From positions 69,190 to 133,189 of the forward strand of contig JAXMAY010000013.1 in NCBI GenBank assembly GCA_046350165.1: a stretch of DNA of 64,000 bases, read 5' to 3'. Of this stretch, positions 10,467 to 20,496 are shown one piece after another; position 1 is the stretch's first letter; every line of letters begins with the position of its first letter. This DNA is from Gemmataceae bacterium (GTDB lineage: Bacteria > Planctomycetota > Planctomycetia > Gemmatales > Gemmataceae). The notes below the pieces were generated by a model. It did no database searches. It was not told the origin of the DNA and saw only the letters and a list, made by a program, of their open reading frames with translations. Position numbers and translations under genes: made by a program.

Positions 10467-11589
10467 ACCGTCAAATTATCGCGGTGGATCAGTTCGGGGT
10501 ACGGCACTTTCCCCATCATGGCCGTCATCTGTTCGGAGTTCAACCCCCGCAGCTTCGTGGCCAGTTCGGAAGGATAGTTGACCAGTCCGCGGGCCACTTC
10601 GGCCCCGTCGGCCCCAGCACTTTGACGACATCACCCTTGCCGAAGGTCCCCTCGATTCGACGAACGCCCACGGGCAACAGACTCCGCCCCTTTTCCACGA
10701 CCGCCCGCACGGCTCCCTCATCGATTCGGATCGATCCTTTCGGCAAGGCGGTAAAGCCCAGCCAATGTTTCCAGGCCGACAGCGAATCGCCACGAGCCAG
10801 AAACAACGTGCCCACGGAATCGCCCGAAAAGATACGATCGAGAATGCCATCGTGGCTGCCATTAGCCATGACGACGGCACTGCCGGCCAGCGTCGCCAGC
10901 CGGGCAGCCTTCAACTTGCTCTTCATGCCTCCCGAACCCAGGGCACTCTTGCCCGCCCCGGCATGGCCGAGGACGGCATCAATGTCCGGCACCGTGGAGA
11001 CGAGCCGAGCCAAGGCATCTTCGCGGGGATCAGCGGAATAGAGTCCATCCACGTTCGTCAACAAGATGAGCAGCGGGGCGTGCAGGAGATTCGCCACCAT
11101 GGCGGCCAGCAGATCATTGTCGCCGAATTTAATCTCCGCCACCGAAACCGTGTCGTTTTCGTTGATGACCGGCAAACATCCGAAATCGAAAAGCGTTCGA
11201 ATGGTATGCCGGGCGTTTAAGTAACGGGCCCGGTTATCGAAATCGCCCGCCGTCAGCAGGATTTGGGCGGGGTGAACCGCATGCGGTGCCAACGCTTGCT
11301 GGTACAATTGCATGAGGGCCGTCTGTCCGACGGCCGCACACGCCTGAAGCGGTGGAAGTTCCGTGGGGCGTTTCCCCAGGCCCAGCACGCCGACGCCCGC
11401 GCCGATGGCTCCGGAGGTCACCAGCACGACTTTTCGGCCCGCGTTTCGAATGCGGACCAGTTGATCGGCCAGCGATTGAATTCGCTGTCGATCGAGCGTC
11501 CCCGTGGCATCCGCAAGGACGTTGGTTCCCACTTTGACGACAACGGTTTCGGCTGGAGTCAGAATCGGCAATCGATCGAACGAAGTCAT
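10467..11589 (-). CDS. proB: glutamate 5-kinase with C-terminal PUA domain, one frameshift near 10580
   Basis: The product begins MTSFDRLPILTPAETVVVKVGTNVL...VLVTSGAIGAG...VINENDTV...GSGGMKSKLKAA.... The PUA domain continues in an adjacent frame as ...ARGLVNYPSELATKLRGLNSEQMTAMMGKVPYPELIHRDNLTVIN*. The missing base lies in the run gggccgacggggcc. Confidence 0.8.
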
Positions 11590-11744
11590 AACCGCGATTT
11601 TATCAACCGAAGGCATCGGGGACGAATCGAAGGAACGTTCAATCCGGACAATTCCGATTTGCGTTTGCCTGTTGGGCTCGATATGCTTTTTGTGTGCCGA
11701 CCGTAGTGCTATTTCGTATTGGATGAACGGAAGGACGTGTCGCA

Positions 11745-13013
11745 ATGGGAATCGGATTGACCGTGGCCATCGCGTTTGCCACGTCTCCCATGGTCAAAAC
11801 CCATGGCGCCGTACTGCATGAGACGGTTGGTCACTGGGATACCGCACTGGACCTTTACCTTCGTTTGCCCGAAAACCGTCGATCGAACATTCCCGATTTC
11901 TCCTCGCGAATCCACCGTTGCGTCCGCTTTTCCAATCAGTTCCAGCGCCATCGCGATCCGGCTTTTCAGAAATATGTCCTGACCCTGTCTCTGGCGGATG
12001 CCCTCGACCTTTATTCGGACGTGATTGAAAAACTGGTCAGACTCTACACCGACGCGGACCGGGCGGTCCCTTCCAAACTGTTCCAATTGGGCCGCGATGA
12101 ACTCGCCCAGGCGTTGCAGAATCCGACCTTCAACTCCCGCAATCTCAAGGGCGTGGAATCGAACCGGATTCAAGTGGTTCGGGCCTGGCTGCTGCGGTTT
12201 CAGATTCCGCCCCTCGCTTCGCAACGGGAAATCCGCAGTGCCGTGCGGGATGTGGCTGTGGGGATGCGGGAAACACTGCCGAGCGTCGATCCCTCCGCGA
12301 TCATTCTTGAATTTCTGAATGGTGCCTGCACCGGCCTCGATGAACAAACGGTTTACTATCCGCCGGGCAGTGTTCAAAAACCACTGCCCGGTGCCACGGT
12401 TGTCAACTCCTCTATCGTCGATGATCGCCATGGCATCGGTTACATTCACATCACCGAATTTCAGGACACCACCGCGGCGGAATTCGATGCGGCCCTTTCG
12501 ATGCTGCGTTCGCAGAACATCCGGGCTCTGATCGTGGACCTCCGCGGCAATCCGGGTGGGTTGCTGACGTCGAGCATCGAATTATCCCGCCGCCTTCTGC
12601 CGGCCGGCGTTATCGTCCGCACCACCGGGCAAAGCCCGGAATTTGCGAACCGGACCTTCGAGTCCGAGACCGGCATGTCCGCGATCGACTTGCCTTTGGT
12701 GGTGATTGTGGACATGGGAACCATGTCCGCCGCCGAAGTGTTTGCCGCGGCCATGAAGGAAAACACCCGGGGAACCCTGGTGGGAACCCGGACCTTTGGT
12801 AAGGGCACCGTCCAGGTTCCTCTGAAAACGATCGATGCCCACCGCAACAAATCGCAGGGCACGCTGATTCTCACCGTCGCCCGGACCTCATCCCCCAATG
12901 GCCAATCCCTCGCAAACGGGATCGTGCCCAACATCATCGAGCGGGATCCCCAGCAGCAACTGAAGGTCGCCCAGGACCAGGCCGCGGCGATGGTCTCGGC
13001 CAATCGACCTTAA
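11745..13013 (+). CDS. C-terminal processing peptidase, family S41 (tail-specific protease)
   Basis: The product contains ...IGYIHITEFQDTTAAEFDAALSML..IRALIVDLRGNPGGLL.SSIELS...VVIVDMGTMSAAEVFAAAMKE..RGTLVGTRTFGKGTVQ, the S41 catalytic Ser/Lys region. Confidence 0.8.
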   Translation: MGIGLTVAIAFATSPMVKTHGAVLHETVGHWDTALDLYLRLPENRRSNIPDFSSRIHRCVRFSNQFQRHRDPAFQKYVLTLSLADALDLYSDVIEKLVRLYTDADRAVPSKLFQLGRDELAQALQNPTFNSRNLKGVESNRIQVVRAWLLRFQIPPLASQREIRSAVRDVAVGMRETLPSVDPSAIILEFLNGACTGLDEQTVYYPPGSVQKPLPGATVVNSSIVDDRHGIGYIHITEFQDTTAAEFDAALSMLRSQNIRALIVDLRGNPGGLLTSSIELSRRLLPAGVIVRTTGQSPEFANRTFESETGMSAIDLPLVVIVDMGTMSAAEVFAAAMKENTRGTLVGTRTFGKGTVQVPLKTIDAHRNKSQGTLILTVARTSSPNGQSLANGIVPNIIERDPQQQLKVAQDQAAAMVSANRP

Positions 13014-13123
13014 ACCATTCAAACCCAGGTTTTTGTTATTGCGGGAGTTATGATTTTTCACGTTCGTCGTCTCATTCATGTGCCAACATTGCAGGCCCCG
13101 TCGGACGCGACGGCGACTCGGGT

Positions 13124-13660
13124 ATGACCGCCGTCCGGGCCGAAGCCCGAAGGGGTGAATTCGAAACGCTTTACAGCCTCCATCACCGAGAGGTATGGGC
13201 GGTGGCGTATGCCCGTCGGCCGGATGCCGAGGGGGCGATGGAATTGATGCAGGAGGCCTTCCTGCGGCTCTGGCGTGCCTGGTCGGCGGGTGAGACGATC
13301 GACTCCCCCCGCGCCTGGCTGATGCGGGTCGTGCGGAATCTCGCCGAAGACGAAGCCAAGAGTTCGTTTCGGAAAAATGGCACCCAGCCACCCGAATTTT
13401 TAAAGGGACTTCGCAGCGGCGATGCCGAACCTGACGACACGATGGTGAAACACGAGCAGTTCGAACAGGTTCGCTCCATCCTTTTGGAACTCGCTCCCGC
13501 CGACCGCGAAGTGCTGACCTTGAAATATGCCCTCGAACGCGATGCGACCGAAATCGCCGAGGTCCTGGGAATCAATATCGCCGCGGTCCACATGCGGTTG
13601 AGTCGTGCTCGACAGCGGCTCGCCGAACGATTGACCGCGGCAGGGGTTTCGCAATCATGA
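13124..13660 (+). CDS. ECF-type RNA polymerase sigma-70 factor
   Basis: Region 2 is YSLHHREVWAVAYARRPDAEGAMELMQEAFLRLWRAW and region 4 is REVLTLKYALERDATEIAEVLGINIAAVHMRLSRARQRL. Confidence 0.85.
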   Translation: MTAVRAEARRGEFETLYSLHHREVWAVAYARRPDAEGAMELMQEAFLRLWRAWSAGETIDSPRAWLMRVVRNLAEDEAKSSFRKNGTQPPEFLKGLRSGDAEPDDTMVKHEQFEQVRSILLELAPADREVLTLKYALERDATEIAEVLGINIAAVHMRLSRARQRLAERLTAAGVSQS

Positions 13661-13992
13661 TCTCTCCCGACGACGCTTTCCGTGCCTACTTTCAGACGGT
13701 CGTGCCCCGGGCGTTTCCACCCTGCCCGGCCATTCCGACCGAATCACCCATCACTCCCGCGGCGTCATCCCGCCCGCTTTCCCGGCCCCTCTGGACCGCG
13801 AATCGGACCGTGCTGGCGATTGCCGCATCGCTGTTTCTCGTGATCGCGTTCTCTTTTGCTCCGTCCAATTCTGAAGTGAAATCACCCGACGTGCAACCGT
13901 CCCTGCTCAATCAAGCCATGTCAAATGGCCAATCGCTTCAATTGCGGACCAAAACGGCGAAGCCGATCGACAAGCCCAGCCATCACGATTGA
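13657..13992 (+). CDS. putative membrane-anchored anti-sigma factor, cognate of the upstream ECF sigma
   Basis: The gene starts on the ATGA overlap with the sigma gene. It is a 111-aa protein with one TM helique (VLAIAASLFLVIAFSFA). Position and topology are typical, but there is no diagnostic motif. Confidence 0.45.
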   Translation: MISPDDAFRAYFQTVVPRAFPPCPAIPTESPITPAASSRPLSRPLWTANRTVLAIAASLFLVIAFSFAPSNSEVKSPDVQPSLLNQAMSNGQSLQLRTKTAKPIDKPSHHD

Positions 13993-15230
13993 GGTTCGGC
14001 GACTTTACCGGGGTTCGGAACGACAAACGAGGATTTCCATTTGGTGCGGGCCTCGCCCTTCCGTTTGATCTTCTGCAAATACATCCGCTCATCGGCCTTG
14101 TTGACAGCCTCTTTAATCTGGGCGGGCGATTCAAACGCGGCCACGCCCCACGAGATTTTCAAATCGATCGGATGATCCACACCCGGCAGCCGTTGCGACG
14201 ATAACGCTTCGTCGATTTTCGCCATTCGGAACGCCAACTCCTCGGGCTGGCATCCCGGCATCACGACCGCAAATTCATCCCCCCCCAGCCGATAAAGCGG
14301 GTCCGTGACTCGAAAATGGATTCGCAAGGCTCGGGAAATCAGTTGCAGTGCCACGTCTCCGTTCGCGTGGCCGAATTCATCGTTCAGTGGTTTCAGATCG
14401 TTCACGTCGAGAATGGCGACAGCGCCAAATCCGTACGTCTTGTCGCTGGAATATCGATCGTACGCCCGCCGGTTGAACAGACCGGTCAAGGGGTCCGTGC
14501 AGACGGCCCGTTCGAGTTCCTCGGTCGCCGCCGCCAACTTGCTGTTTCGGTCCAGCAACTCGGTCCGCACCTGCTCCGTCACGAGCAGGACCATCCCGAA
14601 TGCGAGAACGATTTCCATGCCCGCATCGTAAAGGGATGCGAACTGCATATGCAGCAATTCGATGCTGGGGTTGGAGAAGCGGAAAAAGCCCACGACAAAG
14701 GCGTAATGGGCGAAAAGGATCGTTAATCCGAAAAGTGAAAGTCGAAGCAGCCGCAAGCCCAGATGCATGGGGGCCGACAGGACCTTCCGTCGAAAATGAT
14801 AGATACACAAAACGAAGAAGACCAAGGCGATATAGGACTGGAAAATCTTCATCTCCACGACCGAACTCGAGAAGAACGGCAGGAGGATGGCCACGAGACC
14901 CGGCACGATCAGGATCAGATAATCTTTCCCGCCACACTCTCGACCCGAATGATAATTCCGGCATCCGATCCAGAGGTAGAAGCAAAAAAACGATTCCAGG
15001 ATGCTCGACGCCATCCGCATCAGTATCGAAACGAAGTTGCTTTCACCCAGCACGGCGTCCAGACGAACCGAAATGACGAGAGCGATCAGGGAAAACGAGA
15101 GCGCCAGCCAGGCACGGGACCAATAGGTCAGGAACCGTGTGGCCATCACGGAGGTGAGTTCGTGGAGCAGTGCCGCGACCAATAAGGTGATGGCAACCTG
15201 CACCAACGTCATCCAATTCCCGAGTTCCAT
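13983..15230 (-). CDS. membrane-anchored diguanylate cyclase (multi-TM N-domain plus GGDEF)
   Basis: The N-terminus has about 7 TM helices. The C-terminus is ...DPLTGLFNRRAYDRY...AVAILDVNDLKPLNDEFGHANGDVALQ...RLGGDEFAVVMPG, with the GGDEF motif present. Confidence 0.85.
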   Translation of the reverse strand: MELGNWMTLVQVAITLLVAALLHELTSVMATRFLTYWSRAWLALSFSLIALVISVRLDAVLGESNFVSILMRMASSILESFFCFYLWIGCRNYHSGRECGGKDYLILIVPGLVAILLPFFSSSVVEMKIFQSYIALVFFVLCIYHFRRKVLSAPMHLGLRLLRLSLFGLTILFAHYAFVVGFFRFSNPSIELLHMQFASLYDAGMEIVLAFGMVLLVTEQVRTELLDRNSKLAAATEELERAVCTDPLTGLFNRRAYDRYSSDKTYGFGAVAILDVNDLKPLNDEFGHANGDVALQLISRALRIHFRVTDPLYRLGGDEFAVVMPGCQPEELAFRMAKIDEALSSQRLPGVDHPIDLKISWGVAAFESPAQIKEAVNKADERMYLQKIKRKGEARTKWKSSFVVPNPGKVAEPQS

Positions 15231-15304
15231 TGAATCAACATCCTAAAACTCCTGATTCAGTCTAGAACGCAATTTTTCGGAAGTGGGCAAGAAACCGCAA
15301 TAAC

Positions 15305-15335
15305 GCAAAACGCCTCCGTTAAGGAGGCGTTTTAA
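15305..15335. terminator. rho-independent terminator hairpin (aaaacgcctcc gtta aggaggcgtttt) downstream of mscL
   Basis: A perfect GC-rich stem of about 10 bp with a 4-nt loop is flanked by A/T runs on both sides, directly 3' of mscL (stop at 15356) and upstream of the GGDEF gene start. Confidence 0.7.
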
Positions 15336-15355
15336 TCAAACAAGATTCTCAATAA

Positions 15356-15790
15356 TTACGTTGGTTGTTTTTTCAACAAGTCGCGTATCTCCGTGAGCAG
15401 TTTTTCCTGGGCTGACGGCTCGGGTGGTGCTTCAACCTTCTTCTTCTGAACCGCATTCATTCCCTTGATGACCAGGAAAAGACACGCCGCCATGATCAGG
15501 AAATCGATGATTTTCTGAAGGAAAAGGCCCCATTTGACTTTGACCGGGAGGTATTTGCGTTCCGCTTCGGGTTTATCTTTCGTGGCGGGATCCAGCATCT
15601 TCCCCGGCAAATCAATCGATTGCTGACTGAAATCCACCCCATTTGTCATCGAGGCAATTGGGGGCATCAGGACATCGGAGACCATGGAGGAGACGATCCC
15701 GCCAAAGGCCGTGCCAATGATAATCCCCACGGCCATGTCGATCACGTTGCCGCGCATGATGAACTTTTTGAACTCTTCCAGAATGCCCAT
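15356..15790 (-). CDS. mscL: large-conductance mechanosensitive channel
   Basis: The product MGILEEFKKFIMRGNVIDMAVGIIIGTAFGGIVSSMVSDVLMPPI... is nearly collinear with the E. coli MscL N-terminus. Confidence 0.9.
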   Translation of the reverse strand: MGILEEFKKFIMRGNVIDMAVGIIIGTAFGGIVSSMVSDVLMPPIASMTNGVDFSQQSIDLPGKMLDPATKDKPEAERKYLPVKVKWGLFLQKIIDFLIMAACLFLVIKGMNAVQKKKVEAPPEPSAQEKLLTEIRDLLKKQPT

Positions 15791-15935
15791 CGCTGTGTCT
15801 CCTTTGTCATCACCATTGAAAGTGGGTGAAATCCGTTCGCGGAAATCAGCGAACGAACGATCAATCGCCGGGCACGATTCATGCCCGACGAAAAAAGTAT
15901 CGTGAAATCAGAATGTAACCGCCAGATCAAAACGA

Positions 15936-17378
15936 TCAGGGTTTGACAGGTTTCGCCACGGGAGCATCGACGGACTGAAGGGGAAAGACGGGAGAGCGAA
16001 CATGCTCGCGAGCCATCAGAGCTTCCAGTCGGGCCACGACGTCGGGGTTTTCTTTCGCCACATTGTTCTTCTCGCTCATGTCCTCTTTGAGGTTGTACAG
16101 TTCCGTCTTGATCGTGCCTTTCGCCAACTGCTGGCGGACCACTTTCCAGTCCCCGGCAATCAACGCCTGCTGCCCGCCATAGCCCGGGAATTCCCAGTAA
16201 AGCAATTCATGTTCTTTCTGCTTGCCCACCCCCGCCAGTGTGGGCCAGAAGCTGACCCCGTCCAACCCCTTGGGGGCATTGACTCCAACGATTTCGGCAA
16301 AAGTCGGATACAGATCCCAGAACGCGAATGGGGAATCGGACTTGGTGCCCGGCTTGATCACGCCCGGCCAGGACGCGATGAACGGAATGCGAATGCCTCC
16401 TTCATAGAGACTGCCTTTGAGACCCCGCAGAGCCCCGGCCGATTGGAAGTAGGTTGAGTCCGCACCGCCAACGTTATGCGTGGGGCCATTGTCGCTCGTG
16501 AAAATGACCAGCGTATTGTTGTCGATTTTGAGTTCTTTGAGCAGATCGACGATTCGGCCCACCGACCGATCCATCCGCGAGACCATCGCGGCATAACCGG
16601 CATGCGGCGCGGGATGCGGCTGATAGCCTTTTTTCCCATCGTAGGCGGGGTCTTCGCCCAATTTTCCCTTGTACTGAGTCAGTCCATCCTCCGGCACTTG
16701 CACCGCCACGTGCGGCACCGTGAACGGGACGAACAGAAAGAACGGCTTGGCCTTGTTATCCTTGATGAATTGCAGCGATTCCTTTTCGAAGAGATCGTGG
16801 CTGTAGGCATCGCCGGTCTTCAGGTTATTGCCGGGCAGTTCGAACCGTTTATCGTTTCGGTACAGGTACGTGGGGTAATGCGAGTGGGCATGGCGCTGGC
16901 AGTTGTAGCCGTAAAAGAAGTCGAAGCCATGCTTGAGGGGATCGCCCGACGAGCCGAACATCCCCAGGCCCCATTTGCCAACCGCCCCCGTGACATACCC
17001 TTGTTTTTTCAGCATCTCGGCAAGGGTGGTGTCGTCCGCATTGATCGGAAACTGCCCTTCGGGCTTGGCTTCCTTGTTATCGCGGATGGTGGCATGGCCC
17101 GGGTGTTTCCCGGTCAAAAGGCAGCAGCGGGACGGAGCGCAGACCGCGTTGCCGGCATAGAAACGGTTGAACTGCATCCCCCGCGAGGCCAGTTTGTCAA
17201 TGTTTGGCGTCTTGATAATCTTTTGGCCGTAGCATCCGAGTTCGTAGGTTCCGAGGTCATCCGCCACAATCAGAATCACGTTCGGCTTGGCCGCCTCGGA
17301 CGCGGCGACGGGATTACCACCACCCACCCATAACGAAACAAACAGGAAAGACATTCCAAGGAAATGGTGACGAACCAT
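15936..17378 (-). CDS. Cys-type sulfatase (arylsulfatase family), secreted
   Basis: Signal peptide, then NVILIVADDLG...CAPSRCCLLTGKHPGHA (C-x-P-x-R FGE target motif) ...FTSDNGP. Confidence 0.85.
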   Translation of the reverse strand: MVRHHFLGMSFLFVSLWVGGGNPVAASEAAKPNVILIVADDLGTYELGCYGQKIIKTPNIDKLASRGMQFNRFYAGNAVCAPSRCCLLTGKHPGHATIRDNKEAKPEGQFPINADDTTLAEMLKKQGYVTGAVGKWGLGMFGSSGDPLKHGFDFFYGYNCQRHAHSHYPTYLYRNDKRFELPGNNLKTGDAYSHDLFEKESLQFIKDNKAKPFFLFVPFTVPHVAVQVPEDGLTQYKGKLGEDPAYDGKKGYQPHPAPHAGYAAMVSRMDRSVGRIVDLLKELKIDNNTLVIFTSDNGPTHNVGGADSTYFQSAGALRGLKGSLYEGGIRIPFIASWPGVIKPGTKSDSPFAFWDLYPTFAEIVGVNAPKGLDGVSFWPTLAGVGKQKEHELLYWEFPGYGGQQALIAGDWKVVRQQLAKGTIKTELYNLKEDMSEKNNVAKENPDVVARLEALMAREHVRSPVFPLQSVDAPVAKPVKP

Positions 17379-17684
17379 AACAAAGACCTCTCAGGATGTT
17401 TCTCCAGTTTACAGTTTGCCCTGCGAGATCCAATCAAACTCATTCAGAAACACGGCATTCGCCTACGCCGGTTTGCCATGATCGGACATGGCCAGGCCAT
17501 GATCGGCCCACAAGAAACGTCACCACCTCGGAATCGACGTGTGGATTCAAACGAGTTGCTTTCTCATTTTCCCCCATTGAACGCTTCATTTTCAATCGAC
17601 AGTTGCAAGATGGCCATCTAGAATAAACTACCTGCTGGTCCCACCGGGTTTCCGGTCGAGTCGACTCGTATCGAGGCACGCTGC

Positions 17685-20405
17685 ATGGACCGTCTGTTGC
17701 TCGCGTTAATCTTGTCACCCCTCCTTGCAACGATGGCCCTTGCCGGTCCACCGTCGAAGGAAGTTGATTTTTTCGAAACGAAAATCCGCCCAATCCTGGT
17801 GGAAAAGTGCCAGCAATGCCACGGTGAAAAGAAACAGTCCGGCGGGCTTCGCCTGGATACTTTTGAAGGCTTCACGGCCGGGTCGGATGAAGGCCCCGTC
17901 GTCGTCAAAGGGAAGCCACGGGAAAGCAAGCTGTTCAAGTCCGTGAAGCGGGAAGGCGAGCATCCGATGCCGCCCCAGACGCCGCTGCCCGCGGAACAGG
18001 TCGCCCTGCTCTCCGAATGGATCAGTCAGGGTGCCGTTTATCCGCCTTCGGAAAAGAAGGCCGCCGCGGTCGTCAAACCCGATCCCAAGCAGCACTGGGC
18101 CTATCGGCCCCTCGTCGAACCGGCGGTGCCGGCGGATCGCGGTCGAACCGAGATCGACCGCTATGTGAACGCCCGGTTAAAAGACGCCTCGCTGAGCATG
18201 AATACCCCGACCGATCGCCGGACGCTCTTGCGTAGGCTTTCGTTCGACCTCGTGGGGTTGCCGCCGACGTACGAAGAGATCGCCCAGTTCGAGTCGGATA
18301 CCGACCCCAAAGCCGTTGAAAAGGTCGTGGATCGCCTGCTTGCGTCCCCGCATTTCGGCGAACGCTGGGCCCGGCACTGGATGGACGTGGCCCGCTATTC
18401 GGACAGCAAAGGGTACGTCTTCACGGAAGATCGCAACTTTCCTTACTCGTACACCTATCGCGACTACCTCATCAAAGCCTTCAACGGCGACAAGCCCTAT
18501 GACCAATTCATCATGGAGCAACTCGCGGCGGACCGCATGGACCGCAAGGGGGATGACAAATCACTGGCGGCGATGGGCTTTCTGACTTTGGGCCGGCGTT
18601 TTCTCAACAACAATCATGACATCATCGACGACCGGATCGACGTGGCGATGCGCGGGCTGATGGGCCTGACGGTTGGCTGTTCGCGTTGCCACGATCACAA
18701 ATACGACCCGATTCCGATTGCCGATTATTATTCGCTGTACGGCGTGTTTGCCGGGTCGCGCGAACCCAGCGAACCGCCGCTGCTCGAGCCGAAATCCAAG
18801 GAAAATCTCGCCTTCGAAGCGGAACTGGCCCGTAAGGAAAAAGCCGCTCAGGACTACGCGGACAAAATGTACGCGGAGGCGCTGGCTCCCTTCCGCACGG
18901 CCGAATCCGCACGAGACTATCTGCTGGCCATACACGATTCCAAAGGCAAATCGCCGAAAGAAGTCGATCAAATCCTGATGGATCGCAAATTGCGGCAAGC
19001 GATTTTCGATCGCTGGAAAGCCCGTTTGGCCCAGAGCGAAAAGAACCGCGACCCGATTTTCTCGGCCTGGTTCGCGGCGTCGACTTTGGCAACGGATGAT
19101 GTTCCGCTGCTCGGTCCGTCACTTGCCGTTTCGCTGGTCGAAGCCAAAGTCGCCGTGGACCCACGAATACTCTCGGCATTCGAAGCGAATCCCCCCCGCT
19201 CGATGCGGGATGTGGCCACCGTGTACGGCCAGGCTCTGTTCGCCGCGACTCTATCGAAAGAGGCCTCGGCCAAACCGCTGGCGTCTCTGCTCATCGGACC
19301 CGATGCCGCGCCGAGCCTGCCGATTCCGACGGAAGCCGATAAGGTCGTGCCGATCGCGGTAAAGAAGGGTTATCGCACGCTGCGAAACGATGCCCAGAAG
19401 TTCCGGGCCCTGTCTCCGGATGCCCCGGCCCGGGCCATGTCGCTGATTGACAACGACTCGCCCTATCAGCCGGTCGTGTTCCTTCGCGGCAATCCCAATA
19501 ACCGTGGCCCGCAGGTGCCGCTGCAATTTCTGGGTTTCCTCTCCGGGCCCAACCGCAAGCCGTTCACCAACGGGTCCGGCCGATTGGATCTGGCCCGTGC
19601 CATTGCCGACCCCAAAAACCCGCTGACGGCCCGTGTGTACGTCAATCGCGTCTGGGCCCACCTCTTTGAGGAAGGCCTGGTGCGGAGCCCCAGCGATTTC
19701 GGCATGCGGACCGATCCCCCTTCGCACCCGGCCCTGCTCGATTGGTTGGCCGCGAATTTCATCAAGCATCAATGGAGCACGAAATGGCTGATCCGCCAGA
19801 TCGTGCTTTCCGAGGCCTATCAACAGCAGTCCGCTCCCACCGAACATGCCTCGTTGAAAGACCCGGAAAATCGGCTCTTGAGCCACCAGCATCTCAAACG
19901 GCACGATTTTGAAACGCTGCGGGATTCCATGCTTTTTGCCGCGGGGACGCTGGACCTCTCCATGCACGGTCGCTCGGTCGACCTGTTTTCGCAGCCGTTT
20001 ACAACTCGCCGGACGCTGTACGGCACCGTCGATCGCCAGAACCTCCCCAGTGCACTCCGAGCCTTCGACTTTGCCCTCCCGGACCAGCACACCCCCCAGC
20101 GGTTCCGCACCACGGTGCCCCAGCAGGCGTTGTACCTGATGAATGCCCCGTTCGTCGTGGCTCAGGCGAAAGCCCTGGCCGACCGACCCGAGGTGAAACA
20201 AGCGCAGGGAATTGAAGGCCAGGTGAACAGCCTCTTCAAACTGACGCTGGGACGGCTGCCAAGTACGGAGGAACTCTCGGCCGGTGTGCAGTTCCTGACG
20301 CCGCAAACGGGCTGGAGTTTCCTTCGGCCGAAATCGGCCGCGTCGAAACTCGAAGAGTTCGCCCAGGTGCTGCTGTGGAGCAATGAATTTGCCTTCGCCG
20401 AGTAA
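17685..20405 (+). CDS. Planctomycete PSCyt/DUF1549/DUF1553 (PSD1-type) protein with N-terminal cytochrome-c-like CxxCH
   Basis: Signal peptide; EKCQQCHGEKKQSGGLRLDT (PSCyt1); ...LSFDLVGLPPTYEEI...DRLLASPHFGERWARHWMDVARYSD (DUF1549); C-terminal DUF1553 region. 906 aa. Confidence 0.8.
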   Translation: MDRLLLALILSPLLATMALAGPPSKEVDFFETKIRPILVEKCQQCHGEKKQSGGLRLDTFEGFTAGSDEGPVVVKGKPRESKLFKSVKREGEHPMPPQTPLPAEQVALLSEWISQGAVYPPSEKKAAAVVKPDPKQHWAYRPLVEPAVPADRGRTEIDRYVNARLKDASLSMNTPTDRRTLLRRLSFDLVGLPPTYEEIAQFESDTDPKAVEKVVDRLLASPHFGERWARHWMDVARYSDSKGYVFTEDRNFPYSYTYRDYLIKAFNGDKPYDQFIMEQLAADRMDRKGDDKSLAAMGFLTLGRRFLNNNHDIIDDRIDVAMRGLMGLTVGCSRCHDHKYDPIPIADYYSLYGVFAGSREPSEPPLLEPKSKENLAFEAELARKEKAAQDYADKMYAEALAPFRTAESARDYLLAIHDSKGKSPKEVDQILMDRKLRQAIFDRWKARLAQSEKNRDPIFSAWFAASTLATDDVPLLGPSLAVSLVEAKVAVDPRILSAFEANPPRSMRDVATVYGQALFAATLSKEASAKPLASLLIGPDAAPSLPIPTEADKVVPIAVKKGYRTLRNDAQKFRALSPDAPARAMSLIDNDSPYQPVVFLRGNPNNRGPQVPLQFLGFLSGPNRKPFTNGSGRLDLARAIADPKNPLTARVYVNRVWAHLFEEGLVRSPSDFGMRTDPPSHPALLDWLAANFIKHQWSTKWLIRQIVLSEAYQQQSAPTEHASLKDPENRLLSHQHLKRHDFETLRDSMLFAAGTLDLSMHGRSVDLFSQPFTTRRTLYGTVDRQNLPSALRAFDFALPDQHTPQRFRTTVPQQALYLMNAPFVVAQAKALADRPEVKQAQGIEGQVNSLFKLTLGRLPSTEELSAGVQFLTPQTGWSFLRPKSAASKLEEFAQVLLWSNEFAFAE

Positions 20406-20496
20406 CGCTGAGTTTACTCGCCACGACGCGAAACCCGACGCCCGGCGTGGACCAGGCCTTCGCACTGACGCCGATCTGTTCTTCCGGTAACATGAC

